A stretch of DNA of 64,000 bases, from contig OZ361261.1 of NCBI GenBank assembly GCA_977018835.1, positions 806,001 to 870,000 on the forward strand, written 5' to 3'. The position numbers and the translations under genes were made by a program. Shown one piece after another: positions 1 through 10,508 of this stretch; within the stretch, counting starts at the first letter, position 1; each line of letters starts with the position of its first letter. The notes beneath the pieces are model-generated. The model searched no databases, was not told the origin of the DNA, and saw only the letters and a program-made list of their open reading frames with translations. The stretch is from Minutocellus sp. GHC0000111 (lineage: Eukaryota).

Positions 1-191
1 TCTTCCACACGGAGCCATCGCGTATGGCCCTGTTGAATTATGGAAACACCAGTTCCTCGTCCATCTGGTATGAGCTCGAATATATCCAGGAGCACCAAAA
101 GACCAATCCCCTCAAGAAGGGACATCGGATCATGCAGGTTGCATTTGGATCCGGATTCAAGTGCACGTCGGGCGTCTGGTTGAAGTTGTGA
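1..191 (+). CDS. KCS: 3' end of FAE1-type 3-ketoacyl-CoA synthase (very-long-chain fatty acid elongase condensing enzyme), partial
   Basis: Frame 3 reads ...EPSRMALLNYGNTSSSSIWYELEY...MQVAFGSGFKCTSGVWLKL*, matching the KCS C-terminal motifs GNTSSSSxWYEL and AFGSGFKC. Confidence 0.9.
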   Translation, partial: FHTEPSRMALLNYGNTSSSSIWYELEYIQEHQKTNPLKKGHRIMQVAFGSGFKCTSGVWLKL

Positions 192-510
192 GCAGCAGCT
201 GAAAAGAAATGTGATGAGTGAGAGATGAATGATGCGAGAAGCTAATAGATCTAGCTCGACTAGATAAGAAGCAGGTAAATCCCTCTATAAAGATTGAGTT
301 ATTCCAAAGGACGGCTTGTAGATCTACCGTGGTGGCAGTGGTTGGTTGCTGTTCCATTTCTCTTTTCCATGCTCGCTCGTTGACGATTTCGTCCTCTCGT
401 CTCGCTCGACTGGCTCTTCGATTAGGCTCATAACCTAATAAACCAGATCTTCATCGGCTGACTTGCTTCGTTCGTCATCGGCGCCGCCATATTCCAACGA
501 AAATTCAACG

Positions 511-2178
511 ATGTTCCTCAAGAAGCTCGCTTGTGCCGCCCTATTTGCGGCAGCACCATCTGCTGCCTTCACGGGCATGCCCACTGTTGCCAGGGTGAGT
601 CCTCGACCGTTCTCTGCATCGGGAATTTCCGAGTGGCGCAACTTGATTTTGGCGACAGAATTGGCACATAGCAAACTGGAGGATTGGATCGTCGGATGAT
701 GTGTTGATTTGGAGTTCTCATCGTCCGGCTCCAATCTCGCGTGTATCTGAAATTCATTTCACTGACCCTCTTTGATTTTTCTCCCTCCATTTTGATGTGT
801 GACTGCGATGGTGGTGCAGAGAACTTCCTCTTTGTCGATGGCACGTGCGGCCCCGACGACCATCAAGGTTGGTATCTTTGGCGGTGGCACAGTCGGTGGT
901 GGCATCGTCGACATTCTCGACAAGAAGGCAGACTACTTCACCAGCCTCACCGGTCACAAGATCGAGGTCCGAAAGATCTGCGTGCGCGATGCCTCCAAGC
1001 CCCGTGACTTTGAGGTCCCCTCCCACGCCTCCATCGTCACTTCGTACGATGACATTTTGGACGATCCCGAGATCGATATGGTCGTCGAGGTGATGGGCGG
1101 TACTACCGATGCCAAGGATGTGGTGTATGATGCCCTCCGAAAGGGCAAGGATGTCGTCACGGCCAACAAGGCCCTGATTGCTGCCCACCTGCCCGAGATT
1201 GAGGGAGTTTTGGACGAGGTCAACGACGGCAAGAGTCCGGAAGATGAAGTTGAGTTCCGTTACGAGGCTGCCGTATGCGGTGGCATTCCCATCATCCGAT
1301 CGCTCCAATCCGATTTCGTCGGTGATGAGATTACCATGATGAGCGGCATTATCAACGGATGTACCAACTTCATGCTCACGGCCATGGACCGCGATGGCAA
1401 GAGCTACGAGGAGGCTCTCGCCGAGGCATCTGAACTGGGTTATGCCGAGGCCGATCCCACTCTCGACGTTGGAGGTTTCGATGCCCGATCCAAGCTTCGT
1501 ATCTTGATGAGACTTGCCTTTGGTGTGGAGGTCGATGAGGATGTCATCTCGTGCCGTGGTATTACGGAGCTTACCAAGGTCGACTTTGAATACGCAAAGA
1601 TGCTCGGAGGTACCATCAAGCTTTTGGGCGTTACCAAGCGTGTTTCCGAGGGCAAGGTCACTGCCTTCGTTTCGCCCTGCTATGTTACCGCCGATGACTC
1701 CCTTTCGTCGGTGAACGATGCCACCAATGCCGTGGAGGTCATTTCCAACAACCTCATCTCCTCCACCTACATTGGACAGGGCGCTGGTCGGTACCCCACT
1801 GCCAACAGTTGCATCAATGATGTCATCGCCTTGGCAAAGAACGACCAGACTCCCCTCCCCTTCAACCCCGGTAGCGATGATGAGATGGTGGGCAACTTTG
1901 AGTCCGTCTTCTACCTTCGTCTGAAGTACAAGGACATGTTGGGTATTACTCGTCAATGCGGTGAGGTCTGCGAAAAGCACGGCGTCAGCATCCACTCCAT
2001 CCTTCAAAACCCCGTGACCAAGAGGGACGACGCTGCGTTCGCCATCATCACGGAAAAGGTTGAGCTCAATGCCATCAAGGCCGTCTGCGAGGACATTCAG
2101 GGACTCGAGTGGTGCGCGGAGGATGTGTTCTACATGCCCGTCCTTCGGGAGGATTGGGTTTCCGGTTTGACCAACTAA
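511..2178 (+). CDS. Homoserine dehydrogenase with C-terminal ACT domain, plastid-targeted; intron 595-819
   Basis: Motifs GxGTVG, VVEVMGG, VVTANK, YEAAVCGGIPII, GIINGCTNF, GYAEADPTLDVGGFDA; exon 1 MFLKKLACAALFAAAPSAAF is a signal peptide with ASAF-like site; phase-0 GTGAGT..CAG intron keeps frame. Confidence 0.93.
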
Positions 2179-2667
2179 GAGGTGTCACAGAAAAGATGAC
2201 TGGATGACTTTACCGGTACTTGCGGAAGTGATAGATATAGCGCGAATGCAGTGGAGTACCGTAAAACCATTAAATAGGTGAATGCATTGCTCGTTGGTTA
2301 TTGCTTTGGAAAGAATTGATAATTGATTGTGCCAGTATTGTTCGAGCTATTGTTCGGCCTGTGGCACTTCGATGCTTCGATGCCCTATTGAAGTACGTAG
2401 AATGCCCCGTAACGGGACTAGGATTTCTCCCGTCCACCTCCCATCGAGAGCCACGGGGTGCCAGCCATCCCCAGCAGCAGCCGTTTCACACCTTACTCCA
2501 GTAGCGCACGGTCTGGTCGCCGAGTGCCTCGAAAAACAAGCCTTCTTGGTGTCACCGGACTGGCCCACGTACCTCGTCAACATCTGGCTGATAGCCACGC
2601 GCCTTGCCGAGCCTGAGATCCGCCGGGCACACGAGACGGCAACTGAGTTGGACCTGAGCAGTGCACT

Positions 2668-3597
2668 GTGCCGACTACCACGGGCAGACGGAGGCGTCGT
2701 GGTTCAACAGTGTCGGGGGCGAAGGTGTCCGGAGGCATCGGTAGCAGCAGCGCGGCAACACCATTGCATTTGGCCCCAGCTCTGCCGGCTCACGCAGTGC
2801 ATCCTCCACTGCCAGGCCGACCGAAAAGAAAGACGGCGCATCGCGGCCAGAGAGAGGGCAGACCTCTAGAGCCGACACCGTACGCTTGCATAGGTTCACG
2901 GGGGAGCGAGCTTCCACCAACGCTGCCGCTCACTCATTTCGAGTGGGAGGTAAGGCCACTCTTCTGCCCACGTGACGCACACGACCGAACCGAGCGGGCT
3001 GGCGTCAGTGTGGCATTGGAGCGAGGAGATCTCATCGGCCCTTTCGCCCTGATCACCCAGTTCCCGCTGGATTCGCCGTACCCGTTCCAGAGACGGCAGC
3101 ACCTACGACCGGACCAACTCACTGAAGCTACTATCAACTGGGACAGTGGATTCGAGAGCCTCACCAGCGCTCGACTCCGACACACTCGGCCTGACAGCAA
3201 TCCTCTTGGACACCGAGTGGAGGTCAACCCGCACGAACACTGGGGAAGGCTGGCAGACCTAACGGCGTCCCCCTCACACCGCTGGGTGGGCACCCACCAT
3301 CGAGTCTGTCCGAGGTGGCTAGACGATGCGGCCGATCCAAATCGCTGGGAGGGTGCCCACTGCCGCGTCTGGCCAAGAGCATCAATTCACCGGCGCCCCG
3401 ACGATCTCGAGGCACCTGTCCGCCTGCGAGATGTCACCGCCGATATTTTGGTGTCAGAGCCACCGCGTCAGGCATTCAACATCCTTCTATCCGCCTTTGG
3501 AGAGCCCGACATCGCCGACCGCATCCTCACCCTCACGGCCGATCTGAACCACATCCAGCGCCGAGAGGACCGACGCCGAAGGCGACAGGCAAGGTGA
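2668..3597 (+). CDS. Upstream ORF of unknown function, probably part of the element
   Basis: 309-codon open frame ending 16 nt before the gag ATG (3614); same high-GC composition; starts at GTG. Confidence 0.4.
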   Translation: MPTTTGRRRRRGSTVSGAKVSGGIGSSSAATPLHLAPALPAHAVHPPLPGRPKRKTAHRGQREGRPLEPTPYACIGSRGSELPPTLPLTHFEWEVRPLFCPRDAHDRTERAGVSVALERGDLIGPFALITQFPLDSPYPFQRRQHLRPDQLTEATINWDSGFESLTSARLRHTRPDSNPLGHRVEVNPHEHWGRLADLTASPSHRWVGTHHRVCPRWLDDAADPNRWEGAHCRVWPRASIHRRPDDLEAPVRLRDVTADILVSEPPRQAFNILLSAFGEPDIADRILTLTADLNHIQRREDRRRRRQAR

Positions 3598-3613
3598 TCG
3601 AGCATTGATCACC

Positions 3614-5665
3614 ATGGCTTCATCTTTCAACACCTGGAAGTCAGTCCTACTGGCACAAGAAACACCGGCCGGGGCCGACGCCGCCGTAGCTCGAGATTTC
3701 CAGAGATTCCTCGCCGACAACGTCTGTGAAACCGACCCCACGGCCGCTGTGGTCCAGAGCCATGCCCGAGCGATCCAGCAGCAAATCCGCGACGCCGAGG
3801 GTTTGTCCATGCTGGCCCACCATCCAGAAGGGAAAGTCGTGGTGATTCACCATGCCGTGGCTCAGGGAGGCACCACCATGCAGCCCGACCTCAGGTTGGG
3901 TGGGCTCCTCGGGATCGACGATGTAGCCCCGGCAATGTCGTTGGCCCAACCTAGTTTCTTGCGGCACAAGGAGGTCCTAGCCCCATCGGTGGAAGCCATG
4001 CTGGGGGCACCATCAGAAGCCGCCCTAACCGGTCTCACCCAGGAAGGCTCCAACACCCGCCACCGGAGTGCCTCCACGAAGTTTAAGTCCCTTGTGCTGC
4101 TGCCACCTTCGATTCTGCAGAGTGTTCTGGAAGAGCACGAGGCATCGCCTTGGGCCATCCTGTCCGCCATCAAACGTCGGCTGGATGAGGACGCCGGCAG
4201 CGACGACGCATCAGACAGCAGTGACGACGAGGGTCATGGCGCAGCAGGTCTTCGCTCCAATGAGGCTGTTCAACACGTCGTCAAGTGGCTGTGGTTCGTC
4301 GCCACGTCCGAGCAAGGTGACGTCCCGGCCGTCAGCTTGCACCCAACGACGGACCCGGCTCTCAAGACATGCGCCCGTGAGATGCACGCTCTGCACATCA
4401 CTGGCGCCAGAGGCGACGGACCACCAGCCGGTGGCGCCCCGACCGACTCTGCAGTTGCTGCCGCGGCCAACGCCATGACTAGGGCCGCGTCCGAAGCATC
4501 CTCCCTCACCGGCGCAGTCATGGCCTACACTGACAAGGTCGACAAGAAGCACTCGATGAATGGCGCCATCCTCAAGGCCTGTGCCGCTTTCTGCCGGGTC
4601 TCGACCGAGCATGACGATGATGTAGCAGCGATCGACTCGAATCTTCCCGAAGGATTGAAAGCACTGCTGGAAGAGTCAAACCTCACGCAAGCAGCCGTCG
4701 GCCTCGAGCTGCATGTAAAGGGCAAGACCGGAGTCAGGACATCTCTCCAGGGCCTCACCACTTACGTCCGCCTCTTTGGCTTCGGGAAGAGCGACAAGAA
4801 AATCTACGATGGCTTCTCTGTCTTCGCCTTTAGCCCGGCAAACTCCAGCAGCAGCAATGCGCCCCTGTGCCTCGCCGCCTCTCAAAAGAAAGGATGCACC
4901 TCGACTCAGGTGAAGGCTCTTCTGAAGCAGAACTGCCGGTCCCCAACCGAGCACGACGGTGCCAAACGTCACATCTCGGCCTTCGGCGCTGGCATTTCCT
5001 TCCTTGCCGGAGAGGATTCCGAGCCCGCTCGCTACGTCGCCAGGGTCCTCAGTCACATGAAGACACACGAGGACCAGTGCCGCGACATCGCCGAGAGCCA
5101 TGGCGAGAAGTTCTGGCTGGCGATGTTCCACAACATCGACGCCTCCATCCATGCATTCTGGAAAGCTTGTCTCCGTTCCCCCGACGACGCCGGCAACGAC
5201 CTCTCTTGCTTCTCAATGGCCGACGAGTCCAAAAAGACAATGAAGACTCAGAATCCTTTCGTCTACCCCAGCCACATCAAGCTCGTCCAATCGGCCGACG
5301 CTCCCACCCCTTCCTCGGATTCCGACTCCGACAAATCAGAGCCAAGAACCAGTCCGAAAAAGAAGCAAAAGACGGGCGGCGCCAGCGGCAGAGCCCACCA
5401 GTGCGAACACTTCGTCACGTTCGACATCAACCCCGGCAACTTTGCAAAACGGCATGGCAAGAAATCCGAGCCCTGTACAGACCTGAAATTAATGGCTGTA
5501 AATTCTGCCCTCCATTCATCCTGACAGGCAGGTGTCTGCGGCGCCGGATCCTCGTGTAAGCTCAAGAAGTCGCATGTCAAGAGGCCTCTTAAGGCATCGG
5601 AGAGAGGACCCGTCGAGCAGCACGTCGAGAAATGCGATCGGAAAAACGAGGAGGCGGAGGAATGA
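3614..5665 (+). pseudogene. Gag-like ORF1 of the YR retrotransposon; frameshifted at the C-terminal Cys/His knuckle
   Basis: Long ORF 3614-5524 upstream of pol; fragments NGCKFCPPFILTGRC and SSCKLKKSH continue in shifted frames. Confidence 0.7.
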
Positions 5666-6260
5666 CGGATCGGGTGGGCACGGAGGCGTGGCCCACCCTC
5701 GGAGGATGCTGGAGAAACATCTCGGCCAGCCGGCCGAGCTCGTCCCTCCAAGCGCCGTCGAGTGCAGCCAGATGCGTCGGCGTCGATCCGCCCCGGTGGC
5801 TCCAGCCGCCCAAGGTTGTCCGGCACCCCAAAGTCCGGCGTGTGCGGTCGCAACGACATCAGCAACCAATCCAGGCTCTCCGGTGCCCCTAACACCGGAG
5901 CAGAAGGCCGAGGCGTTAGCAGTGACCTTCGGTCGGGTCCTGGTCCCCCTAACACCAGCGGTGATGCCTGCGCCGACAACAGCATCTCAGGCTCTGGCTC
6001 CAGCACCACTAACGCTGGCGGTGCGGAAGCCACCGACAACCTCTTCGACCGGCTAGGCCAGCGAGAGAAGGATCTCCTAGGCAAGCAGCCCCAACCCGAA
6101 GCACAGTCTCCCTCTGGTTCCCCTACGCACAGCAAGGAAGCAGAACCGATGCGCCAAAATGGCAAGTGAGACCAACAGGTGAAGAAACACCTGCAACAAA
6201 CGGGGCAGCCCAGCGCCCACCACGGTCGGACAGACCCGTGCATGCTCGTGAACGTGCAGC

Positions 6261-8861
6261 ATGCACATGTCTCACCTTTTTCTCGCCTTGTGCAACTCCA
6301 CGTGGGAACTAGAGCCCATCTTCGATGTTTCCACCTTGGTGCAGTGCGTCCGACGAGCAGTCGAGTCCCCGTCGGCCACACCGAAGCCCACGGAGTTCAG
6401 ATTTGAGCTCTTGACGGAGGCCGCCGCTCACAATTGGTCGGTCCTCAAGAAATGCGATCGTTCTCTGAGCAGGGCACTCGAGGCGCAGGGCGGGTCGCCA
6501 CTCCAACCGGGATCGGAGTTCAGAGACCTGAGTCTTCTGGAGCCGATTCTTGGCCGGCACCCGCTGTGGCCCCGCTTCCGCTCCACCATTCTCGACAGTG
6601 GATCCGACTGGGCCCTCGATCCGGTGAGCGACGAAAGCAGACTGGACAGCGTGATAAAGAACATCGGCCGAGGCAACCACAAATCGGCCAGGGACAGGCC
6701 GGAGGTGCTCAAGGACCAAGTTCTCGACGACGTGACCCGCGATTTCGCCCTCCCTCTGCCAGCAAAGGTCGCGCCCCTCATTCCTGGAGCGGAGGTGGCC
6801 CCGATGGGTTTGGCAGCACAGAACACGATCAGCGAGGCTGGCGAGATCATGCCCAAGGACCGCCTGACTCACGACCAATCCTTCGAGATCGGCACCGCAC
6901 GGTCCGTCAACAACAGAGCACGCATGGAGGACCACCAGCCAGTGGTGTTCGGCCATGCCCTCCGGCGAGTGATCCACTACATCGCAGACGCCCGTCACAA
7001 GCATCCCCGTGCTCCCATCCTCCTGCAGAAGGTCGATTTCAAGGCTGCGTGTCGCCGGGCCCACTTGGCTCCCAGCACGGCCGTCAAAACGATCACCACC
7101 CTGGATGGCATTGCCCTCATGTCCCTCCGGCTGACTTTCGGCGGCCGCCCTTGCCCGAGCGAATGGTGCAACATGTCCGAATCGGCGGCCGACCTGGCCA
7201 GGGCCCTCCTGCAATGCTCGGACTGGGACCCGTCAGAGCTCCACAGCCCCCAGCAGAAGCACTTGGGTCGCCCCAAGGTGGAGGGCGACGATGTGCCGTT
7301 CGCGCCGGCCCTGGACATGATCGCAACCCTTCCCGACAACAAGGATGGCATCGTCGAGCCGCACATCGATGACCTCATCGCCGCAGCCCCTGACCTGGGC
7401 GACAACAAGGATCGGATGTCCGCTGCCACCCTCCTCGCCATCCACGCACTTGGCCGACCGGCATCCGACAGAGAGCCACTGCCCAGAGATGACCTTGCCT
7501 CCATCAAGAAGCTGCTGCTCGCCGAGGGGACGCCTTCCGAAGTGCTGTGTCTCTTGGGGTGGGATGCTGATGCCCGGCGGCTCCTGTTGAGGCTCCCTTG
7601 GAGCAAGCACCTGGCCTGGCGCGATGACATGCTTCGGCTCCTCAGAGCCCGCGGCGCCACCAGATCAGAGCTGGACACCTTGGTCGGAAGGCTAAACCAC
7701 GTCGGACACATCATTCCAGCCGCACGACACTTCCTCAGCCGCCTTCGGGATCGGCTCTGGAAGGCCCGCCGCCACGGCCGCCAACGGTTCGACTCTGAGG
7801 ATGCAGAAGACCTCAACCTGTGGCTCCGCTTCCTCCGAAGGGCCGCCGATGGCATGAGCATGAACCTCCTCACGCACCGTTGCCCCACCCATGAGCACAT
7901 AAGTGACGCCTGCGAGCACGGCATCGGCGGATGGTCCTCATCCGGCAGAGCGTGGAGACTTGCCCTCCCCGAGGAGCTGTGGGGCCGGTTCACCCTCAAT
8001 TGCCTGGAACTCCTCGCCGCCGTCATCGGCCCATGGATCGACCACATCGAGGGCAACCTACCAACCCTCTCCTGCGTGCTGTCGGGGACCGACAGCACCA
8101 CGGCCGAGGGATGGCTCAGGAAGTCGAACTTCGTGTCTCACGGCGAGAAGGATGCCGACGTAGCGGTCAAGCTGGCCACGGCGCGGAAACTAGCCGACAT
8201 GCTCATCGAGACCAACACCATGCTGTGCTCACAGTGGTTCCAGGGGAAGCGCAATCCGGAGGCCGACTCTCTTTCTCGTGGTGCCGATCTCTCTGATGCT
8301 GACCTCACGAAATTGCTTCTGTCATCTCCCGAATGTCAGCTTCACTCAAATTTCAGGATTGCACCACTGCCCAACGAGATTGCTTCCTGGATTGTCTCGC
8401 AGGCGCGGACGCTGCCCGTCAGGAAGCAGTTACAACGGCCACTGCCGAGAAGCACGCTCTCGCGTGGAGCCGCTGGACTGAGTTCCTGCTGCAGCTCATC
8501 GGGACCGGGGACGACGTCTTCCTCGACAAGGTGTCACCCCGAGACCGAACAGTCATTCTCGGCGCCTTTGCCCACGCCGTCCGACAGGCCAGCTTTTCGG
8601 GGCCAAAATTTTCGCGACTGGCTGCGTCGACAGTCCGAGACGCCGTCTCACATGCATGCTCGTCCTTCCGGCACAACCAGCGCAGCAGGGACCCAGGGAA
8701 AGACGACATCGGCCAGCCTTCATTCCTTCTACAGCGGCAGTTCCGAGGATGCAGCCAGTCCGACCCGGCCGAGCGGCCGGAGAAGGCGATCACCTGCCGG
8801 CTCCTCCGAGAGATCGCCTCCGTCAGGGAAACGGAAGAGGACCGTGCAGTCGGGCAACTAG
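6261..8861 (+). pseudogene. Reverse transcriptase/RNase H of DIRS/Ngaro type, catalytically mutated
   Basis: Motifs KDRLTHDQS, KVDFKAAcRR, LRLTFGGRPCP, hIDD in place of YxDD, LLGW; RNase H motifs SDAC..GIGG, NCLEL, TDSTTAEGW, NPEADSLSR. Confidence 0.9.
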
Positions 8862-9560
8862 CCGTCGGCGCGCCTTCTTCTTCGCGATGAGGTCTTGCGA
8901 ACACTCCAGAGTCAGCGGTGAGCGCAGGACCAAGCTGCTGCTCCGCCTCCGCAACATCCAGTTCTGCCGCGGCCGACGGCGCATGTGTCACAACGACCGG
9001 TCCCTCTTCTCAGCAGACTCTGTCTCCGTCACCTTTGAGTTCCAGAAGAACGACGAGCGTGACGTCACGATTGCGCAACACTGCACCCCCACGACGCCAC
9101 CCTCTGCCCAGTTCGAGCTTGGGCTGCCCTGGTGAAACGAGTCCTAGGGTGCCCTAGCACCAACAGCGACACGCCGGTAAATGCCTTCGTGGTCAACGGC
9201 GTGTTAAAACACATTCCTGCCACCCGAACAGTTGACAAGATCCGAGCGTCGGCCACAGTGATTGGAGAGGACGTCCTCCTGGGCTGCCATCATCCCCCTC
9301 TGAATTTGGATCACACTCCATTCGCAGCGGAGCAGCAATGGCAATGTGTCTAAATGATGTTCCCACGTACACAATCATGCTGGTAGGGCGGTGGTCCAGT
9401 GACGCCTTCCTCAAGTACATCCGTCGCCAGGTCCAAGAATTTACATCCGGAGTCTCCACACGCATGATCCAACGAGGTTCCTTCTTCAACCACCAACGTG
9501 CCCCACGCACACTCGACGAGCCATCGCGAAGACCCAAGGACCCCAAATTGCCGCCAATCC
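8333..9560 (+). pseudogene. Tyrosine recombinase of the element, several frameshifts; end approximate
   Basis: AFFFAMRSCE (catalytic R), FEFQKND, HSIRSGAAMA (HxxR at 9314), GRWSSDAFLKYIR (W and catalytic Y); overlaps 3' end of RT ORF in another frame. Confidence 0.88.
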
Positions 9561-9706
9561 TTCGCCGGCATCAACAGTGTTGGCCGAAATGCCGGCTTCG
9601 GGACTCCAATGCCCCCCTTCGCCCTGTTCACCTAAGCACGACACACATCATTGGCCGATCTGTGCTGCTACGGAAAAAGGAGGAGGGGGGGAGAGGGACC
9701 TCACTC

Positions 9707-9834
9707 TCTAAGAAGTTTCATTTACCGCCAATGCCAGCTCCAGTTCACGTAGTTAAACTGCATTTCATGTTCTACTAAGTTGCATAGAGTTGGGAGAATC
9801 AGCGGAGGGAGGCACTGTGTTCGATGTGTCATCG
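9707..9834 (+). repeat. Terminal direct repeat copy 1 (B1-like)
   Basis: tctaagaagtttcatttacc...gggaggcactgtgttcgatgtgtcatcg is nearly identical to 10077-10195. Confidence 0.92.
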
Positions 9835-10076
9835 TTGTGGGTGCCGCACGGTGGGCATGAGCTGGCGACGGTGGTTAGCAGCAGGCACTAAAACTGCATT
9901 CCTGTAGTGCCCAGTTTTTCTGCTGACCACCACCTTCGCCTCCTCTCGTCTCAACTGACCAAGCCACAACCATCTGCGATTGCTGCCGTTGCAATTGCTA
10001 AGTCAGCTTACAGTGCCGGCTCCCAGAGCCTGTCTCTCTCTCTCTCAGTAGTTAGTTTTAAATTCCCTCAAACCCG

Positions 10077-10195
10077 TCTAAGAAGTTTCATTTACCCCGC
10101 CGCCTTCACGTAGTTAAACTGCATTTCATGTTCTACTAAGTTGCATAGAGTTGGGAGAATCAGCGGAGGGAGGTGCTGTGTTCGATGTATCATCG
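10077..10195 (+). repeat. Terminal direct repeat copy 2 (B2-like), marks the element's 3' end
   Basis: tctaagaagtttcatttacc...gggaggtgctgtgttcgatgtatcatcg. Confidence 0.92.
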
Positions 10196-10508
10196 CTCGG
10201 ACATCTCGGACGGCAAGGAGCCAAAGTTGCTAGGCTGGGATCTGACCCGCCGCCGCCTCGATGCGCCAGTGGCCGGAGCAGTAACGCGGACAGGCAGCGA
10301 GTGCGTAGTCGAGGAGCACGAAGCGTAGCACAGTGTGTTCGTTGCGTTTTTGCATCACAAGCAAGAAAGTCAGGCAAACCGAACGAACTATCGGGTCGGC
10401 CTATGCCTGCAGATCGATCCCTCGGCCCCTTCCGCCGGTTGCTGACAGAGACCATACCAGAGACTCACTCGGGACCGCTACCGCCTTCCGCCACAGACGG
10501 ACGACACG

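Larger units (their letters stand above)
2400..10195 (+). mobile_element. Degenerate tyrosine-recombinase retrotransposon (DIRS/Ngaro-like); 5' boundary approximate
   Basis: GC-rich intronless block with gag-like ORF, RT/RNase H ORF, overlapping YR ORF and 3' split direct repeats. Confidence 0.9.

Noticed and set aside
754..2007. 417-aa antisense ORF over homoserine dehydrogenase
   Set aside because: Shadow of strong codon bias in the sense gene.
5880..6022. Three ~60-bp-spaced degenerate units (cccctaacacc / ccactaacgct), superficially CRISPR-like
   Set aside because: Short, degenerate, within TE coding sequence, with no cas genes and a eukaryotic context.
4200..9000. Many long antisense and alternate-frame ORFs in the element
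   Set aside because: Expected by-product of high GC and TpA loss, which removes TAA/TAG stops; no recognisable motifs.
3447..9366. Classical RIP or CpG-methylation decay as the cause of TE degeneration
   Set aside because: RIP enriches TpA and CpG decay depletes CpG; here TpA is lost, CpG is plentiful and Tyr codons move toward TGY/CAY.
3447..9366. ADAR-type editing of the element's RNA alone
   Set aside because: It would give strand-biased A->G only; both TA->TG and TA->CA are inferred on the sense strand.
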